Source: Squalus acanthias | Taxonomy: Eukaryota | Assembly (NCBI GenBank): GCA_030390025.1 | Contig: CM059432.1 | Location: forward strand, 4,464,001-4,528,000 | DNA: 64,000 nt | Reading direction: 5' to 3' | Shown here: positions 59,420-64,000 of the stretch, piece by piece | How positions within the stretch are numbered: the first letter of the stretch is position 1 | Layout: every line of letters starts with the position of its first letter | The notes under the pieces: model-generated | Told to the model about the DNA's origin: nothing | What the model saw: only the letters and a program-made list of their open reading frames with translations | The model's database searches: none | Translations under genes and position numbers: made by a program

Positions 59420-60205
59420 ACGTAAGAATGTAAGAATTAGGAGCAGGAGTCGGCCATTGGGCCCCTCGAGCCTGCTCCGCCATTCAATAAGATCATGGCT
59501 GATCATCGACCTCAACTCCACTTTCCCGCCCGATCCCCATATCCCTCGATTCCCCTAGAGTCCGATGCAGCGTCTTGGGATGTTTTACTATGTTAAAAGC
59601 GCTATATAAATACTAGTTGTTGTTGTTGTTAAAGGAACAGGAGCAGGCCATTCAGCCCCTCGAGGGGTCACAGTCTCAGGATAAGGGGTCGGCCTTTTAA
59701 CACTGAGATGAGGAGGAATTTCTTCACTCAGAGGGTGGTGAATCTTTGAAATTCTCTGCCCCAGAGGGTTGTGGATGTTGAATCGTTGAGTATATTCAAG
59801 ACAGAGATCGATAGATTTTTGGACTCTAGGGGAATCGAGGGATATGGGGATCGGGCGGGAAAGTGGCGTTGAGGTCGAAGATCAGCCATGATCTGATTGA
59901 ATGGCGGAGCAGGCTCGAGGGGCCGAATGGGCTACTCTTGCTCCTATTTCTTACATTCTTATGTTCATGGATGAGCTGAGGCAAGGGTGGAGACGGGCGA
60001 CGTTACGGAGGTGGAAATAGGCGTTCTTTGTTACGCTGCGGATGTGTGGTCAGAAGCTCATTTCAGGGTCAAATATGACACCAAGGTTGCAAACAGTGTG
60101 ATTCAGTCTCAGACAGATGTTAGGGAGAGGGATGGAGTCAGTGGCTAGGGAACAGAGTTTGTGGCGGGGACCGAAAACAATGGCTTCGGTCTTCCCAATA
60201 GTTAA
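59420..60205. mobile_element. Patchwork of CR1 tails (minus 59420-59565; plus 59660-59968) and L2 fragments
   Basis: CR1 3' UTRs in both orientations; L2 tail (TTG)n at ~59620; L2 internal piece at ~59968-60205. Confidence 0.75.
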
Positions 60206-60744
60206 TGTTGTATGTATGTTCATATGTTCCTATGTTCCTATGACAGGGTTACCACTAAAACATTAACAACCTATCTTTCTCTCGGTGAATTTTCTGCTTT
60301 CGTTTCAGATTTTCAGCCCCTCTCTAAGGGAACTGCCTTCAAGTGTAGGAGCTTTGATTTAGTTCCACAGGAGACACCCCACCTGAAAACGACGCAAGAC
60401 ATATTTAAAAGTGCAACACTGTACAATTAACCCCTCCCCAGTTTCATTTTTTAATTTTATTCTGCTGAAAAACCATCAAGAGGAAGCATCAGAATCAGCC
60501 GACTCCTGCTCGTCAGGCAGAAGAGAAGAAATCAATTTAATAAGGTCTCGTAAGGATTATAACTGACATCTGGTGCCATTTCCGTGACGGCAGCGGTGAT
60601 GGTTGGCGTGTAATGTTGTACAACTGCACAGCCACAATTCAGAAACCGCTGTAAATTACAGCAAGAGCTGGGGAGAGAGCCGCAGAACTGACAAAAAAAA
60701 AGAAGCAGAGAGAAGAGACAGAGAAACACAAAGAGAGGGGAGAA

Positions 60745-61060
60745 CGACAGAGAATTTACAGCACAGAAACAGGCCATTCGGCCCAACTGCTCCGTGCCGG
60801 TGTTTCTGCTCCACACGAGCCTCCTCCCACCCCTCTTCAACTCACCCTCTCAGCATATCCTTCTATTCCTTTCTCCCTCCTGTGTTTATCCAGCTTCCCC
60901 TTAAATGCATCTGTGCTATTCGCCTCAACCACTCCCTGTGGTAGCGAGTTCCACATTCTCACCACTCTCTGGGTAAAGAAGTTTCTCCTGAATTTCCCAT
61001 TGGATTTATTAGTGACTATCTTATATTGATGGCTCCTAGTTTTGGTCTCTACCCACAAGA
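60745..61060 (-). mobile_element. CR1 3' end
   Basis: FRRNFFTQRVVRMWNSLPQGVVEA. Confidence 0.85.
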
Positions 61061-61244
61061 GAGAGAGCATAATCTCTGATTTAACCGTGGGCAATGTGAT
61101 GGGAGATTCACTAGTGTGAGTAGGTTCACAGTTCATTAATGGCGATGTAATAATTAGTCAGTTTACACCTGATGTAAAATATCAGGCATCTCCCCAGTTC
61201 ATTCTATTGTGTATCATTAATTGCTTTAACTTGTTTTGCCATAC

Positions 61245-63080
61245 AAAAGAAAGACTTGCATTTCTATAGCGCCTTTTATGACCACCGGACGTCTAAAAGC
61301 GCTTTACAGCCAATGAAGTACTTTTTTTGGAAGTGGGGTCACTGTTGTAATGTGGGAAACACGGCAGCCAATTTGCGCACAGCAAGCTCCCACAAACAGC
61401 AATGTGATAATGATCAGATAATCTGTTTTTAGTGATGTTGATTGAGGGATAAATATTGGCCCAGGACACTGGGGGAGAACTCCCCTGCTCTTCTTCAAAA
61501 TAGTGGCCGTGGGATCTTTTATGTTCACCTGAGAGAGCAGATGGGGCCTCGGTTTAACGTCTCATCCGAAAGACAGTGCGGCACTCCCTCAGTACTACAC
61601 TGGTGTAAGATCTTAATGATCTCTCAGAGTTCTTGGATGAGACACCCAAGATATGAACAAACATACAAATATACGAATTAGGAGCAGGAATAGGCCACTC
61701 GGCCCCTCGAGCCTGCTCCGCCATTCAATAAGATCATGGCTGATCTGATTACTCCACATTCCCACCTACCCCCAATAACCTTTCACCCCCTTGCTTATCA
61801 AGAATCTATCTACCTCTACCTTAAAAATATTCAAAGACTCTGCTTCCACCGCCCTCTGAGGAAGAGAGTTCCAAAGACTCACGACCCTCTGTGAGAAAAA
61901 AATTCTCCTCATCTCTGTCTTAAATGGGCGAGCCCTTATTTTTAAACAGTGGCCTCTAGTTCTAGATTCTCCCACAAGAGGAAACATCCTCTCCACATCC
62001 ACCCTGTCAAGACCCTCAGAATCTTCTATGTTTCAATCAAGTCACCTCTTACTCTTCTAAACTCCAGCGGATACAAGCCTAGCCTGTCCAACCTTTCCTC
62101 ATAAGACAACCAAATAGGCAGCAGCCAGTAGTACATGGGCAATAGATCAAGATTTATTACGCTGACAGCGTAATATACTTAACAACAGGCGATAGTTCAA
62201 CAAGTAGCTCACAGCCCTTGGTCTCTGGAGCCTCTCGGACACCGGTGACGTTGTCTTCAGTCTGTTCCTTTGTTCTTGTGGTAGGTCTGTGTGAAGTTGT
62301 TCTTTGAGTATCGAGGTTTTAACCCTTTTCTTATCAAAAGTTCATTTGGCCAGTGTCCATATATGGTCTTTAACAAAATCACCTTTTTTAATTGGTTCTA
62401 ATAGTCAACATACCATTGTCACTCAGACTAAGGGTAACATCTTGGCCCCACCTGGCTCAGTATTTTTCCGACAACTCTACCATATTCATCATTATCTTGT
62501 TTATACGTTCTTCACCTCATTGGAATTTACCTTATCTTTCTTATTTCTAGCTTCCCTGGTACAAGCAGTACAAGACCTTTCTGTACCAAGGGGCCCATGT
62601 CAGCGCTGTCTCGCTAGTCTTGACGGTATCCAGACTATCTCACTTCAGTCTACCAGATGGATACCTTAACTCCCATGATCTCTCTCATTTTAATTTCCTT
62701 ATTCTAATTAACTTTTAATTATCTTTGCCATTAGTTTTGTTAAGCGAACTCTAATTCCTACTTAGCATTATAATGTTATTTAACAATTTAACCTTCACTC
62801 GCAGCCTGTGGCTGTTTGTTATCAGAGCTTAGTCAAAACTGCTTCTAACTGTCCTTGCGACTACATTCGAACAAGCCTTAATGTTTCCATACCCACAGGG
62901 AATCATGGGTAAGATTAGTTGGTCAATGGCTGCACTTAAATTTATACATATGATTCTCATCTACTAAGAATCTCTAAATACCAATCTTTCGTACACTGGA
63001 GTGTCAGCCTAGATTTATGTGCTCGAGTCTCTGGAGTGGGACTCGAACCCACAACCTTCTGACTCAGAGGCGAGAGTGCG
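61245..63080 (-). mobile_element. Deu-domain SINE split by a solo LTR
   Basis: SINE 61245-61603 and 62996-63080 join across the CTGG TSD. Confidence 0.85.
61604..62995 (-). mobile_element. Solo LTR, family 3, with a nested CR1 3' end (~61650-62110)
   Basis: TGTAAG...CGTACA termini, exact TSD CTGG; reverse complement of 50648-51349. Confidence 0.85.
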
Positions 63081-63084
63081 ACTG

Positions 63085-64000
63085 CACTGGACACAGGGCA
63101 TCACCCCTACCCGCTGTCAATCTTTGCGATTTTGACAGCGGACCCGCCTCCAACATTGCTGGCCAGGAGGCCAGCGATGGCATCACCATGGCCAGATTTA
63201 CTTCACTTGACGCTGTAAACCCTGGCTGCCACATGATGCGTCAGGTTGACACCATCCCACGCCAGCACCGTGAAGCATCCCTTTAATGTCCAAGCCATTC
63301 CATGCACACTCATCAATATAGTGGGGCGGGGGAAGGGGAGTTATGACTGAACAATCACTGGAACTCAGATCTGTCCAATAAGGGGCACTTTTGGAAAAAG
63401 ATATTACACTGTATGACAACACATTACCAGAAACTTCACATGGACATTGGCTAAACCTCTCAAGTGCCTACCCTTGTGTGTTGTTAGTTGGTATGCTTGC
63501 AGTAGGATGAGGGTGAGTGTGAGGGGTGGCTAGTGAGATGGGGAAGTGATAAAGTAGATAGAGAGGGTTGGTGGAGGTGCAAGGTAAGTTGGTGTCCTGG
63601 GGAGGTCTCTTCCACCCATGGGAAGGGAAGAGAACCTCCCTGCGTGCTGTGACTCCCTCCATAAGCATATGGAGGGAGTCATTGGAGAGCCAGGGTGTAA
63701 GCGTCCACCTTTGTGCAGTGATTGTCAGTGTTTGCAGCACCTCAATGCTGTCAAACACTGACAGATCAACTGTCAAAATAAAATTGTGGACGTGGTCCTG
63801 TTAAGGAAACCGGCAGATGACGCGTCATCAAATGACGTCATCAGACCCGCTTCCTGCTAATTGGCCAGGAAGCCCACAGGGCGGGGCTTAACAAGGCCAA
63901 CAAGGAAAAATCACGTCTGCAGAGCGGAGGCAGCTGGGGGCGGGACCAGAACCCGGAAACCAGCTCTCCCGCCCCCATCCTGCCTCCAGAATTAAATTCA
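63085..64000. mobile_element. Second Harbinger remnant with a partial Myb/SANT exon (minus)
   Basis: LSNDSLHMLMEGVTARREVLFPSHGWKRPPQ; homologous to 15120-16196; runs off the end of the window near its TIR. Confidence 0.78.

Noticed and set aside
1..64000. CRISPR array, operon or other prokaryotic system
   Set aside because: No regularly spaced repeat-spacer array and no gene-dense organisation; the content is vertebrate interspersed repeats.

Overview
Eukaryotic, repeat-dominated, apparently non-coding (intronic or intergenic) DNA. The repeat families indicate a cartilaginous fish, most likely a shark (inference from the repeats, not from a database match). I could not recognise any host protein-coding gene; every ORF I could assign a function to comes from a transposon. 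The window is a nested mosaic of: (i) CR1 LINEs, including one near-full-length decayed copy at 8143-13640 and many 5'-truncated 3' ends; (ii) about 18 copies or fragments of a tRNA-headed Deu-domain SINE (SacSINE1-like) and a second tRNA-type SINE; (iii) L2 and another CR1-group LINE; (iv) at least 12 PIF/Harbinger-type non-autonomous elements with GGG...CCC TIRs, plus two Myb/SANT-encoding Harbinger remnants; (v) five solo LTRs (TG...CA, 4-bp TSD) from three families; (vi) short Penelope-like fragments from two families. The most notable signals are five minimal type-I hammerhead ribozyme motifs in the Penelope-like fragments (four look intact, with covarying stems), a ~243-nt permuted retrozyme-like unit, a shared C-NNN-G target site for the Harbinger elements, a 1.8-kb MITE palindrome inside a CR1 tail microsatellite, and recurrent head-to-head CR1 pairs. 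Repeat boundaries are approximate unless a TSD or TIR is quoted.
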